Source of the DNA: Spirochaetota bacterium
GTDB lineage: Bacteria > Spirochaetota > UBA4802 > UBA5550
Assembly: GCA_035403545.1 (NCBI GenBank)
Contig: DAONFJ010000011.1
Coordinates: 135 to 64,134, forward strand
DNA length: 64,000 bases
Reading direction: 5' to 3'
Made by a program: the position numbers and the translations under genes
The notes under the pieces: generated by a model
Seen by the model: only the letters and a program-made list of their open reading frames with translations
What the model was told of the DNA's origin: nothing
Databases searched by the model: none
In this document: positions 53,719-63,725 of the stretch, piece after piece
Position numbering within the stretch: the first letter of the stretch is position 1
Layout of the letters: the number at the start of each line of letters is the position of its first letter

Positions 53719-54651
53719 ATGAATCTTTTCAACATACCATCGAACGAGCTGCTGCAGCACCTGATAAACGGACTGACCCTGGGAGCTATATATTCTCTAA
53801 TTGCCCTGGGTTATACAATGGTATATGGTATACTTAAATTTATAAACTTTGCTCATGGTGAAATCCTTATGGCCGGTACCTATGCCGGATACTATTTCTA
53901 CTTTTTCCTGTATGACCCATCGAAGGGTGCTACCTATACAATAGGAATATTTATCGCCGCGCTTCTTATTGCAATGACCGCCAGCGCACTCCTCGGGGTA
54001 ATAATTGAAAAATTTGCATATAAACCACTAAGAAAAGCACCCCGGCTTGCACCGCTCCTCAGTGCTATAGGTGTTTCAATTATACTTGCAAATCTGGCAG
54101 CCCTGTTTTTCGGAACAAAATCTAAAAAATTTGAATACCCCTTTGATAACTCTTCAATGCAGATTGGAGGATCAAGTATCACCCCGAACCAGCTGATGAT
54201 TCTTGCGGTAGGCCTCATAATGATGGCTGGACTTAAACTCTTTGTCGACAGATCAAGACTCGGCAAAGCGATGAGAGCAACAAGCCAGAATCAGCCCGTT
54301 GCGGCGCTGATGGGAATAAACGTAAATCTTATTATATCACTGACATTTGCGATCGGTTCAGCGCTTGCAGCTGTTGCCGGCGTACTTATGGCACTTGAAT
54401 ACAAAGTATACCCGACAATGGGAACCATGGCGGGACTTAAAGCATTTATAGCCGCTGTTGTAGGCGGAATCGGAAACGTAAATGGAGCCATGCTCGGCGG
54501 GATAATACTGGGACTTCTTGAAACTTTCGGTGTTGTTATTCTGGGAATACCGCAGGGATTAAAAGACACAATTGCGTTCACAGTGCTGATTTTAATACTC
54601 CTTCTAAGGCCAAGCGGCATCTTAATGAAGAATATAAGGGAAAAGGTATAA
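53719..54651 (+). CDS. livH: Branched-chain amino acid ABC transporter permease (LivH type)
   Basis: Multi-TM protein starting LLQHLINGLTLGAIYSLIALGYTMVYGILKFINFAHGE, the LivH family signature. Confidence 0.85.
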   Translation: MNLFNIPSNELLQHLINGLTLGAIYSLIALGYTMVYGILKFINFAHGEILMAGTYAGYYFYFFLYDPSKGATYTIGIFIAALLIAMTASALLGVIIEKFAYKPLRKAPRLAPLLSAIGVSIILANLAALFFGTKSKKFEYPFDNSSMQIGGSSITPNQLMILAVGLIMMAGLKLFVDRSRLGKAMRATSQNQPVAALMGINVNLIISLTFAIGSALAAVAGVLMALEYKVYPTMGTMAGLKAFIAAVVGGIGNVNGAMLGGIILGLLETFGVVILGIPQGLKDTIAFTVLILILLLRPSGILMKNIREKV

Positions 54652-54653
54652 AG

Positions 54654-55574
54654 ATGCTCAACTTTGTATTACTGATCTTTATCTATATAGGAATTTATGC
54701 CATTGCATCCCTGGGGCTTAACCTGATTGTAGGTTACACCGGACTTCTCTCTCTATGTCAGGCAGGATTTCTTGCAATCGGGGCGTATACTACTGCTGTA
54801 CTGATGACTGCATGCCACATGGGATTCTGGGAATCAATGATCATCTCCGGTTTTCTTGCGTCGCTATTCGGTATTCTCATCGGTATACCGACATTGCGGC
54901 TTAAAGGTGACTACCTGGCTATTGCGACGTTGGGTTTCGGAGAGATTGTCAAGAACGTTATACTCAACTGGGACAGCGTTACAAAAGGGCCTATGGGTAT
55001 TAACGGAATACCAGGCCCGTCCATATTCGGAACAACTCTTTCTTCAATGGATAAACCGGAATGGATAGTAATTATATGGGTCGGAGTCGTTGTGACGTAT
55101 TATTTCATAAGGCGTATTGTAAGGTCACGGATCGGAAGGGCTCTTGAAGCAATAAGAGAAGATGAAATTGCGGCGTCATCAATGGGAATTAATACGGCTA
55201 AATATAAAATCGGAGCTTTTACCACAGGGGCTTTTCTCGCGGGAATTGCCGGGAGTTTTTTTGCAGCGTTTAACCAGTCTGTCGCGCCTTTGACTTTCGA
55301 TTTTATGATGTCAATAATGATCCTCTGTATGGCTGTACTTGGCGGCCTGGGCAACAGTTTTGCGACAATAATCGGTACAATTATAATAGTACTCGCATCC
55401 GAGCTTCCAAGACTTTTGGGAATTTCACATATAATACCGCCTCAGCTCAACCAGATTCTCTTCGGGTTTATACTGGTATTGATAATGATATACAGGCCGC
55501 AGGGAATAATTGGAAGGATAAAACTTAATTATGCTAAAATTGTAAAAGAAGAAATATTTGACCTGGAGAAGTAA
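54654..55574 (+). CDS. livM: Branched-chain amino acid ABC transporter permease (LivM type)
   Basis: Multi-TM protein with LGLNLIVGYTGLLSLCQAGFLAIGAY and PTLRLKGDYLAIATLGFGEI, typical of LivM. Confidence 0.85.
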   Translation: MLNFVLLIFIYIGIYAIASLGLNLIVGYTGLLSLCQAGFLAIGAYTTAVLMTACHMGFWESMIISGFLASLFGILIGIPTLRLKGDYLAIATLGFGEIVKNVILNWDSVTKGPMGINGIPGPSIFGTTLSSMDKPEWIVIIWVGVVVTYYFIRRIVRSRIGRALEAIREDEIAASSMGINTAKYKIGAFTTGAFLAGIAGSFFAAFNQSVAPLTFDFMMSIMILCMAVLGGLGNSFATIIGTIIIVLASELPRLLGISHIIPPQLNQILFGFILVLIMIYRPQGIIGRIKLNYAKIVKEEIFDLEK

Positions 55575-55575
55575 A

Positions 55576-56358
55576 GTGCCTTTATTATATACACAAAATT
55601 TAAGACGGGAGTTCGGCGGAGTAATAGCGGTTGCCGACGTTGATATTGAAATCTTTAAAGACTCGATAACAGGCCTGATCGGCCCCAACGGAGCAGGGAA
55701 GACTACACTCTTCAACACAATTACCGGACTCGATTTCCCCACAAGCGGGCATGTTTTTTTTAAGGGTGAGGATATCACTGAACTGCCTGCGTACAAAATA
55801 ACGCGAAGCGGAATTGCCAGGACCTTTCAGAATATACGTCTTTTTAAAGAGATGACGGTATTTGAAAATGTCATGATCGGCCGGCACTTCAGAGGCAATC
55901 ATCCGAGGATAGTAAACAATAAACTCGTTAATTTTATTCTTGGGCGCATATACGTTAAAACAGAAGAAAAAGATATTTACGAGAATTCTTTAAAATGGCT
56001 GAATTTTTTTGATCTTCTGGATATGCGGGATGAATACGCAAAAAATCTCCCATATGGAAAACAGAGAGAACTGGAAATTGCCAGGGCACTCGCAACAGAA
56101 CCGGAAATACTATTCCTTGATGAACCTGCCGCAGGGATGAATCCGCAGGAAACTGAAAACCTGATGATTACAATAAAAAAAATCCGTGATATGGGTATCA
56201 CAATAGTATTGATTGAACATGATATGAAACTTGTCATGAATATCTGCGACAAAATCTATGTATTAAACTACGGGAAAAAAATCGCCGAAGGTACGCCAGC
56301 CCAGGTGCAGAATAATAAAGAAGTAATAGAAGCATATTTAGGAAAAATAGATGAGTAA
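55576..56358 (+). CDS. livG: Branched-chain amino acid ABC transporter ATP-binding protein (LivG type)
   Basis: Walker A GPNGAGKTT, signature YGKQRELEIARAL and Walker B ILFLDEPAAGM. I prefer GTG 55576 (GGAG 7 nt upstream, just after the livM stop) to the track's TTG 55558. Confidence 0.85.
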   Translation: MPLLYTQNLRREFGGVIAVADVDIEIFKDSITGLIGPNGAGKTTLFNTITGLDFPTSGHVFFKGEDITELPAYKITRSGIARTFQNIRLFKEMTVFENVMIGRHFRGNHPRIVNNKLVNFILGRIYVKTEEKDIYENSLKWLNFFDLLDMRDEYAKNLPYGKQRELEIARALATEPEILFLDEPAAGMNPQETENLMITIKKIRDMGITIVLIEHDMKLVMNICDKIYVLNYGKKIAEGTPAQVQNNKEVIEAYLGKIDE

Positions 56359-57094
56359 TAAAATACTTGAACTTAAAGATGTCCATGTAAGCTACGGAAA
56401 TATACAGGCATTAAAAGGTGTCAACCTCAGCGTGGAAGAGGGCGAGATTGTTTCACTTATCGGTGCTAACGGCGCCGGGAAGTCAACTCTCCTTAAATCA
56501 ATTGTCGGGCTTGAATCCCTTACAAACGGAAACATTACCTTTAATGGAAAATCAATAAGAGATGCAGGAAGAAATTCCAGGCTGAATATTCCCACAGACA
56601 GGATTATAGGCTCCGGAATATCCATGGTACCGGAAGGAAGAGGTGTTTTCCCGGAAATGTCTGTACTTGAAAATCTTGAAATGGGCGCATACCTCCTGCG
56701 TGATAAAGCCGAGAAAAAACGCCTTTTAGAAGAAAAGTATGACATGTTCGAAATACTCCGAGATAGGCGAAAACAGCTGGCCGGCTCTCTCTCCGGCGGA
56801 GAGCAGCAGATGCTTGCAATAGCAAGGGCACTTATGAGCAAACCCAAGCTTCTTCTCCTTGATGAACCGGCGCTTGGCCTCGCTCCGATAATCATACAAA
56901 ATATTTTTGCGACTATATCAAGGATAAGCAGAGAAGATAAAGTAACAATCTTCCTTGTTGAACAGAACGCGAAAATGGCTCTAAGCATTTCCAATAAAGG
57001 ATATGTAATGGAAACAGGAAACATAGTCCTGGAGGACCTCAGCAGTAATCTCCTTGTTAATCCGAAAGTAAAAGCAGCATATCTGGGAGATTAA
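56351..57094 (+). CDS. livF: Branched-chain amino acid ABC transporter ATP-binding protein (LivF type)
   Basis: Walker A GANGAGKST, signature LSGGEQQMLAIARAL and Walker B LLLLDEPALGLAP. Confidence 0.85.
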   Translation: MSNKILELKDVHVSYGNIQALKGVNLSVEEGEIVSLIGANGAGKSTLLKSIVGLESLTNGNITFNGKSIRDAGRNSRLNIPTDRIIGSGISMVPEGRGVFPEMSVLENLEMGAYLLRDKAEKKRLLEEKYDMFEILRDRRKQLAGSLSGGEQQMLAIARALMSKPKLLLLDEPALGLAPIIIQNIFATISRISREDKVTIFLVEQNAKMALSISNKGYVMETGNIVLEDLSSNLLVNPKVKAAYLGD

Positions 57095-57111
57095 AACCGG
57101 AAACCGGCAAT

Positions 57112-57906
57112 ATGAATCATACCACTCTTTCACAGAACGACATTAAATTTTTTCTGGACCTGGTAAACAGTGCCGGCTCCACTGCGCTGCAGATGCAGCG
57201 GGGAATACTGGAAATACAGAGGAAAGAGGACAGTACAATCGTTACCCAGGCCGATATATGGGTTCAGAATTATCTCACAGAAAAAATATCTGAAAGGTTT
57301 AACGATTTTCAGATCATCTCCGAAGAAAAGACTAATTATAATACGGATTTTTCCAGAGATAGAATTTCGGTTATACTTGATCCTATAGATGGTACAGCGA
57401 TGTTCAGTATGCATCTCCCGATATGGTGCATATCAATTGGAATATTTAAAGGATACACCCCGATTTACGGATTTGTTTTTTCTCCGGGATCGGATCTTTT
57501 GTTCTATAATGATGATAATAATTCATATCTGAACGGGAAAAAGCTTATATCCGATCCCACAGTTATAATTGAAAAAGAGACCAATATTTTCTACTCATCC
57601 GAGATTCGCGGTGTGAAAATAAACTTTCCGGGGAAAGTCCGTAATCTGGGATCTACAGCTCTTCACGCCTGCCTCACTGCTGACAACAGCAGGAACAGGC
57701 TTCTGGCATTTATCGGAAAGTCCTATCTATGGGACTGGGCCGGCGCGATACCGATTCTGATAAAAGCCGGTGTAAAACTCAAATATCTGAACGGAAGTGA
57801 CCTTGATTATAAAGCAATAATTGAAAATAATTTTGAGCTTGAAGATTATGCTGTGGCGTATAATGCTGAGGATTTTGCATTAATAAAGAATATATTTAAT
57901 CGTTAG
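57112..57906 (+). CDS. Inositol monophosphatase family protein (SuhB-like)
   Basis: Metal-binding motifs ISEE, LDPIDGT and WDWAGA. Confidence 0.75.
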   Translation: MNHTTLSQNDIKFFLDLVNSAGSTALQMQRGILEIQRKEDSTIVTQADIWVQNYLTEKISERFNDFQIISEEKTNYNTDFSRDRISVILDPIDGTAMFSMHLPIWCISIGIFKGYTPIYGFVFSPGSDLLFYNDDNNSYLNGKKLISDPTVIIEKETNIFYSSEIRGVKINFPGKVRNLGSTALHACLTADNSRNRLLAFIGKSYLWDWAGAIPILIKAGVKLKYLNGSDLDYKAIIENNFELEDYAVAYNAEDFALIKNIFNR

Positions 57907-58043
57907 TAATACCTGCCGGACAATACTTTTTAGAATTAATCCTACTCAACCTTACACTTTACCCGGCACATCTGAATCAGATGCTTTCTGCCTGTATGAT
58001 TGTTTCGGATTTTAACCAGGCTATCTTCAATTGCAGATTTTAA

Positions 58044-58074
58044 TTGACAGGCCGGGAGACTGAATGCATAAAAT
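58044..58074 (+). promoter_or_regulatory. Sigma-70-type promoter candidate for the purF-like gene
   Basis: TTGACA (58044-58049), 17 nt, CATAAA, or alternatively 19 nt, TAAAAT. It lies about 45 nt upstream of the ATG. Confidence 0.45.
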
Positions 58075-58115
58075 AATTTTAACAGAATGTATTCAGTACA
58101 AACAGGGGAACTATC

Positions 58116-59519
58116 ATGGGCGGTATATTTGCTTGCAGTTCAAAATCAGGATGTATTAACGAACTATTTTACGGTACAGATTATCTGTCTCATCTTGGCA
58201 CCAGGCGGGGTGGTATTGCAACAATCACCAATGATGGTATTCATCGGTCAATCCATAATCTTGAAAACGCATATTTCAGAAACAAATTCGAGCCTGAGCT
58301 TGCAGAGCTGAAAGGCAATATGGGGATCGGTGTGATCAGTGACACCGATGCTCAGCCTATTGTCCTTTTCTCCCACCTTGGACGTTTTGCTCTGGTAATG
58401 GTAGGTAAAATTAATAATATAGACGAACTTGTAAAAGAGATTTTTTCACAGAATATACACCTTTCTGAAACAAACAGCGGCGGGCCAAGCCCTACAGAAG
58501 TAGCCGGTACACTAATAAGTCTTTGCGGAAGCTTCGAAGAAGGTATCAGTTACGCCCAGAGCCGGATCAAAGGATCATGTTCTATGATGCTGCTCACCGG
58601 GAAAGGGATTTACATTGCCAGGGATAAACTGGGCCGTACCCCCGTTGTTATAGGAAAAAGAGAAGACGCATTTGCAGCCAGTTCCGAGTCCAGCGCTTTC
58701 CCCAATCTAGGCTTTGAAGTGGATCGTTATGCCGGGCCCGGCGAAATTCTCCTTATGACGGCTGACGGAATTGAGCAGATTCAAAAGCCGGGGGACAGGA
58801 TGCAGGTCTGCTCATTTCTATGGGTTTATTACGGCTATCCCGCATCCAGTTACGAAGGGATCAATACCGAGCAGGTACGTTACAGATGCGGTGCGGCCCT
58901 TGCGCGCCGTGAAGACGTTAAAGCAGACTTCATTGCCGGAATTCCGGATTCGGGGATAGGGCATGCGCTGGGGTTTTCCCATGAATCAGGCATTCCATAT
59001 ATGAGGCCCTACGTAAAATATACGCCAACCTGGCCAAGAAGCTTTATGCCTCAGAACCAGAAGATGAGAGATCTGGTGGCGAGGATGAAACTGATACCGA
59101 TCCGCGAGATAATAGAAGGGAAAAAAATTATCTTCTGTGATGATTCTGTAGTCCGCGGGACTCAGCTTCAGGACAACGTTGAAATTCTTCATGAATATGG
59201 GGCTCGTGAAATTCATATGCGGATAGCCTGTCCCTGCCTGATTCATCCGTGCGAATTTTTAAATTTTTCTACATCACGTTCAACACTGGATCTTGCCGGC
59301 AGGAAAGCAATTCTTGAAATTGAAGGATCCGAAACTTCTGCACTATCAGATTATGCCAATGACGGTTCAGACAGGCACAAAGCGATGGTATCATTTATCT
59401 GTAAGCGATTGAAACTTTCAAGTCTCCGCTATCAGAAACTGGAGGACCTTGTGGAAGCGATTGGGCTCCCGAAGGATCAGCTTTGTACTCACTGCTGGGA
59501 TGGTTCGAGTTATGATTGA
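58116..59519 (+). CDS. Amidophosphoribosyltransferase (PurF) paralogue with a degenerate glutaminase domain
   Basis: PRTase motif IIFCDDSVVRGTQL. Fe-S-type cysteines are conserved (QVCSFLWVYYGYP, HPCEF, LCTHCWDG). The N-terminus is MGGIFAC rather than MCGI. LSHLGTRRGG replaces LQHRGQ, and VMVGKINN replaces AHNGNLVN. Confidence 0.75.
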   Translation: MGGIFACSSKSGCINELFYGTDYLSHLGTRRGGIATITNDGIHRSIHNLENAYFRNKFEPELAELKGNMGIGVISDTDAQPIVLFSHLGRFALVMVGKINNIDELVKEIFSQNIHLSETNSGGPSPTEVAGTLISLCGSFEEGISYAQSRIKGSCSMMLLTGKGIYIARDKLGRTPVVIGKREDAFAASSESSAFPNLGFEVDRYAGPGEILLMTADGIEQIQKPGDRMQVCSFLWVYYGYPASSYEGINTEQVRYRCGAALARREDVKADFIAGIPDSGIGHALGFSHESGIPYMRPYVKYTPTWPRSFMPQNQKMRDLVARMKLIPIREIIEGKKIIFCDDSVVRGTQLQDNVEILHEYGAREIHMRIACPCLIHPCEFLNFSTSRSTLDLAGRKAILEIEGSETSALSDYANDGSDRHKAMVSFICKRLKLSSLRYQKLEDLVEAIGLPKDQLCTHCWDGSSYD

Positions 59520-59532
59520 AAACTGTAAAATC

Positions 59533-60888
59533 CTATTTGCCTATGCAAAATCGACTAAAAATCGATCCGAGGATATCTTCCGTGGTAATTTCTCCGGTAA
59601 CATCGGAGAGTTTCTGAATAAGTTCATCAAGTTCAAAGGCTATTATCTCAGCAGGCTCCTTCCTCTGAAGAAGAGTTGTTGTTCTCTCTACAATATCAAT
59701 TGACGAATCTATAATAGAAATTATTCTCTCATCTGCAAGAAACGAATTACTGAAATCTACAAATTCACCTGCAATTACAGATTCAATTTCCTTCTCCAGC
59801 TCTCCGAATCCTGTACCGAGTTTTGCCGATACAGAAATAAATGATAAGCCTGTCTCGGCAGATATACTATCCTTCCGTTCCATCCCGGAAAGATCAATTT
59901 TATTCAGGACATATATTACTTTTTTTCCGCTCAATGCGGATATTATCTCTTTATCCGCATCAGTTACACCGGCAACAGCGTCTATCACCATAAGTACAAG
60001 TGAGGCAGCGCCAATATTTTTACGGGAGAGTTCAATACCCATTCTCTCAATATCATCACCCGGAATCCCGAGTCCGGCGGTGTCAGTTAAATTAATTCTT
60101 ACTCCGCCGATCTGAACGCTCTCTTTTATAAGGTCTCTTGTAGTGCCGGGAATATCGGAGACTATAGCGCGCTCTTCATTAAGTATCAGGTTAAGAAGGC
60201 TCGATTTCCCGACATTAGGTCTTCCCGCCAGAGTGACGTCTATGCCTCTCGCAGTTTTGTTGCCCATTGAGCATCTTCTCCTGAGGTCAGTCAGCGCGGC
60301 TGAAATTTTACTTACAATTTCAAGGCTTGCGGCATTGGAAACAAATTCAATATCCTGATCGGAAAAATCTATACCTGCCTCAATATCCGCCTTAAGAAGA
60401 ATAACATCATCCCTCAGCTTATCGACAACTCTCTTAAGCGATCCATGCATCTGGCTGATGGAAGCTTTGATCTCCCAGTCGCTCCTTGCGTTGATAAGAG
60501 TATTGATCGCTTCGGCTTCAGTGAGATCCATTTTACCGTTAAGGAAAGCTCTTTTTGAAAACTCGCCATGTTCGGCAATTCTTACATTAAGTTTATAAAG
60601 AAGACGCAGTATGTTTCCGACAACGAGATGATTTCCATGGCAGAATAACTCCACCATATCTTCACCTGTAAAACTTGACGGGGCTTTATAAAAAATAAGT
60701 ATAACATCATCAATTACTGCACTGCCGTCTGTTATTGATCCGTAAGCGGCATACCTGTGTTTGATATTTTGCGGTGCTGTGAAGAAAGAGCAAGCAGCCC
60801 CGTATGATTCAGGGCCGCTTATCCGTATTATTGCAAGAGATGAGTTAACCGGCGCACTTGCCGGCGCGCAGATCGTGTCAGTAAACAT
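59533..60888 (-). CDS. mnmE: tRNA modification GTPase MnmE (TrmE)
   Basis: N-terminal DTICAPASAP, G-domain GRPNVGKSSLLN and DTAG, and the C-terminal CIGK motif. Confidence 0.9.
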   Translation of the reverse strand: MFTDTICAPASAPVNSSLAIIRISGPESYGAACSFFTAPQNIKHRYAAYGSITDGSAVIDDVILIFYKAPSSFTGEDMVELFCHGNHLVVGNILRLLYKLNVRIAEHGEFSKRAFLNGKMDLTEAEAINTLINARSDWEIKASISQMHGSLKRVVDKLRDDVILLKADIEAGIDFSDQDIEFVSNAASLEIVSKISAALTDLRRRCSMGNKTARGIDVTLAGRPNVGKSSLLNLILNEERAIVSDIPGTTRDLIKESVQIGGVRINLTDTAGLGIPGDDIERMGIELSRKNIGAASLVLMVIDAVAGVTDADKEIISALSGKKVIYVLNKIDLSGMERKDSISAETGLSFISVSAKLGTGFGELEKEIESVIAGEFVDFSNSFLADERIISIIDSSIDIVERTTTLLQRKEPAEIIAFELDELIQKLSDVTGEITTEDILGSIFSRFCIGK

Positions 60889-60889
60889 T

Positions 60890-61534
60890 TTATTTTCTTA
60901 TAGCAGGAGAAATTTTTATTTTTCTGTAAATTCCCTGGCCTTCACTCTTTGTTGTAACTCTCTTATCATTCTGAAGTGTCAGATGTATCAGTCTTCTCTC
61001 GAAAGGATTCATCGGCTCAAGAATCATCGGCCTTCCGGTTTTGATAACTTTAAAAGCTATATCTCTCGACATTTTTTTCAGAGCTTTTTCTCTCTTGTCC
61101 CTGTATGATTCAATATCAAGTATAATCTTTTTCTCGCTGCCTGTACTGTTATTAATCATAAGATTAATCATAAACTGCAGTGCCTCAAGAGTTTTTCCTT
61201 TTTTACCGATTAAAAGACCTGAACTTGTTTTGCTCTCAAGCTCTACATAAACTTTAGATTCACTTTCTTTAATATCCTTAACTCCACCTTCGATATCCAT
61301 TCTTGAGAGCAGAGCCATTAAAAACTCCTTAACTTTTCCTCCGACATCCTCTGTACTTTCATTATAATAAATTCTTACCTTAGCCGGTCTTGAAACTCCA
61401 AATCCGAAAATTCCGCTCTTTCCCGCATCTATAATTTCTACTGTAACTTTGGAGGTATCTCTGATACCCAGCTCTGCCATGGCTTTTTTAGTCGCGTCAT
61501 CCGGAGTTCGTCCTTCTACTTCAATAACTTTCAT
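60890..61534 (-). CDS. jag: Jag/KhpB-type RNA-binding protein (Jag_N, KH and R3H domains)
   Basis: KH-like LIGKKGKTLEALQFMINL and the R3H region EPMNPFERRLIHLTLQ. Sits in the conserved position after yidC. Confidence 0.85.
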   Translation of the reverse strand: MKVIEVEGRTPDDATKKAMAELGIRDTSKVTVEIIDAGKSGIFGFGVSRPAKVRIYYNESTEDVGGKVKEFLMALLSRMDIEGGVKDIKESESKVYVELESKTSSGLLIGKKGKTLEALQFMINLMINNSTGSEKKIILDIESYRDKREKALKKMSRDIAFKVIKTGRPMILEPMNPFERRLIHLTLQNDKRVTTKSEGQGIYRKIKISPAIRK

Positions 61535-61679
61535 TTCGCAAGCCTCCCGACTTTATGATATTTAAAATTTCCATAATTTCCATTTAAGTCAACATCTCTA
61601 AAACAGTATTAATTGTGTCCTCCGCCGTGCAGGCTGCGGCGGAGATACATTTAGTTCCCGGTCTTTGAGCAGTTACCAT

Positions 61680-63344
61680 TTAAGCTTCAGCTTTTTTCCC
61701 AAGATGATTTACAACGACCTGATTTAAAATCTGATATAGATTCTGTAAAAACCAGTATAGAACAAGCCCTGAAGGCATTGTCCAGAACACAAAGAGTAAA
61801 ACGAAAGGCATCATATACATCATAATTTTCTGCTGCTGATTTCCTGTATCAACCATTGTCTGCTGTTGCTGGACTATTGTTGAAGCAGTCATCAGAAGAG
61901 GGAGTATATTTATATTAAATCCGGATATTGCAAATACTGTATCAGGCATTGATAAATCTTTAATCCAGAGCATAAACGGCACATTCCACAGATCGATAGA
62001 ATTGATCAAAGCGCTGTAAAGACCGAAGAAAAACGGCATCTGCAGAAGCAGCGGCAGACATCCGCCAAGAGGATTAACTTTATTATCCTTGTAAAGCTTC
62101 ATTGTCTCTTTCTGGATCATATCCGGTTTATCTTTATATTTTTCCTTGAGTTTATTAACCTGAGGCCCCAGTTCCTGCATCTTCTTCATTGAATCAGTAG
62201 ATTTTTTTGTTAATGGCATAAACACAATCTTGGTAAGAATTGAAAATACAACAAGAGACCACCCCATATTCCCGAAAAGCTTATTTATCCACATCAGGCA
62301 CCAGACAACAAAATATCTTATAGGCTCAATAATTGTACTCACATCTGATGCTGCTACAATCCGCGGATCTACAGCTTTAAGCATCGCTTTATCTTTTTCA
62401 CCGAGGTAAATTTTAAAAGACTTAACCTGTTCCTGCCCGGGAAGAATTTCGCTCATATTAACATACATACCGGTTCTGAAACCTGTTTTTTCTCTGTTAT
62501 CAAAAATCATTTCTGTACCGGTAAACTGCTCCGGAATCATTATGAGAAGAAAATACCTGCTCATTATACCAGTGTATTCAACTGCACCGCTTTTCGTTTT
62601 TGAATCTCCCGACTTGGAAAAGAATCCTCCCCCTTTTGTATTTTGAGAATAACTGTCATCAACAGAGTAGATACCAATCATGTGATTGTATCTGTTTGTA
62701 TAATCGAGTTTGGGACCGAGAGTATCTGAGGGGGAAAATATTGCTTTCCCGTCTCTGAATTTTACAGGATTTTTACCGATGTTAATAAACCTGTACTCAA
62801 CATTAAAATCATAACCTTTGTCGTTGAATTTGAAAATCTTTTCCAGTCTAAGAGGATTCCCCTCAATAAGAACCTCGGTAAAAAATTTTACTGTCTTCTG
62901 GTCAACTTTTACAACATTCCATAAATCGGAATTAAGATTGTTGCCATGGAAAAAATCATTCTCTGAAAAGTGTACCGAAAAATCGAGATTTCCGCTGGCG
63001 CCAAACAGTTTTTCATTAAGAGTAAGATCAATATTTCTTTCTGAATAATTTGCCTTCGAAACTGACGCGCCTTTGTTGGTAAGTTCTAATGTAAATTTAT
63101 CTGTCTTTAAATTTATAGTTTCTTCTTTAATCTGTTTTTTTACACCTGCGGTGATTTTGTTCACACCAGCAGTCTGAACCGTATTACTATCTACCTGGAC
63201 CGGTTTACTGCTGTCCGCGGTATTAGTCTCCTGAACTATCGGATTCTGGTTATTCTGTACAGGCTGTTTGGGTTCAAAAAACCAGAACCAGCCGATCCAT
63301 ACAACCATGGTAAGTAGAACTGCAAGAAGTGTCCTTTTTTCCAT
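61680..63344 (-). CDS. yidC: Membrane protein insertase YidC
   Basis: N-terminal TM, a large periplasmic domain and the conserved core (PLTKKSTDSMKKMQELGPQVNKLKEKYKD..QKE.MKLYKDNKVNPLGGCLP.L.Q.P.F..LY). Confidence 0.9.
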   Translation of the reverse strand: MEKRTLLAVLLTMVVWIGWFWFFEPKQPVQNNQNPIVQETNTADSSKPVQVDSNTVQTAGVNKITAGVKKQIKEETINLKTDKFTLELTNKGASVSKANYSERNIDLTLNEKLFGASGNLDFSVHFSENDFFHGNNLNSDLWNVVKVDQKTVKFFTEVLIEGNPLRLEKIFKFNDKGYDFNVEYRFINIGKNPVKFRDGKAIFSPSDTLGPKLDYTNRYNHMIGIYSVDDSYSQNTKGGGFFSKSGDSKTKSGAVEYTGIMSRYFLLIMIPEQFTGTEMIFDNREKTGFRTGMYVNMSEILPGQEQVKSFKIYLGEKDKAMLKAVDPRIVAASDVSTIIEPIRYFVVWCLMWINKLFGNMGWSLVVFSILTKIVFMPLTKKSTDSMKKMQELGPQVNKLKEKYKDKPDMIQKETMKLYKDNKVNPLGGCLPLLLQMPFFFGLYSALINSIDLWNVPFMLWIKDLSMPDTVFAISGFNINILPLLMTASTIVQQQQTMVDTGNQQQKIMMYMMPFVLLFVFWTMPSGLVLYWFLQNLYQILNQVVVNHLGKKAEA

Positions 63345-63443
63345 ATTTTATTCCTTATGTGCGATATTATTTATACAATTAATAAAACTATTATTGTCAG
63401 ATGTGAAAAAGAGGGGTTTGTTAAGGCAAGAAATCTAAAATGA

Positions 63444-63725
63444 TTAAGAACCTATTTTTTTTAAACTAAAAACTTCGGGAACAGGATCAAATCCCCCTTC
63501 ACAAAAAGGATTACATGAAAGTACTCTTTTAAATGAGAGAAATCCACCTTTTATTAAACCGAATTTTTTAATTGCCTGTATTGAATAAACAGAGCATGTA
63601 GGGTAATATCTGCATGCAGCCGGCAATACAGGAGAAATAAAAAATTTATAAAACTTAATTATATATACAGCAAAACCGGAGAGAGCTGCCCCGAGAAAAT
63701 CCATTAATATTTTAACTGCTCCCAT
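63444..63725 (-). CDS. yidD: Membrane protein insertion efficiency factor YidD
   Basis: [35 protein letters not shown] is the YidD signature. Confidence 0.85.
   Translation of the reverse strand: MGAVKILMDFLGAALSGFAVYIIKFYKFFISPVLPAACRYYPTCSVYSIQAIKKFGLIKGGFLSFKRVLSCNPFCEGGFDPVPEVFSLKKIGS

Noticed and set aside
56392-57024. 210-aa ORF antisense to livF
   Set aside because: It lies entirely inside a confidently identified ABC ATPase gene on the other strand. Its composition is Ser/Pro/Ile/Arg-rich and low in complexity, typical of the mirror frame of a real gene.
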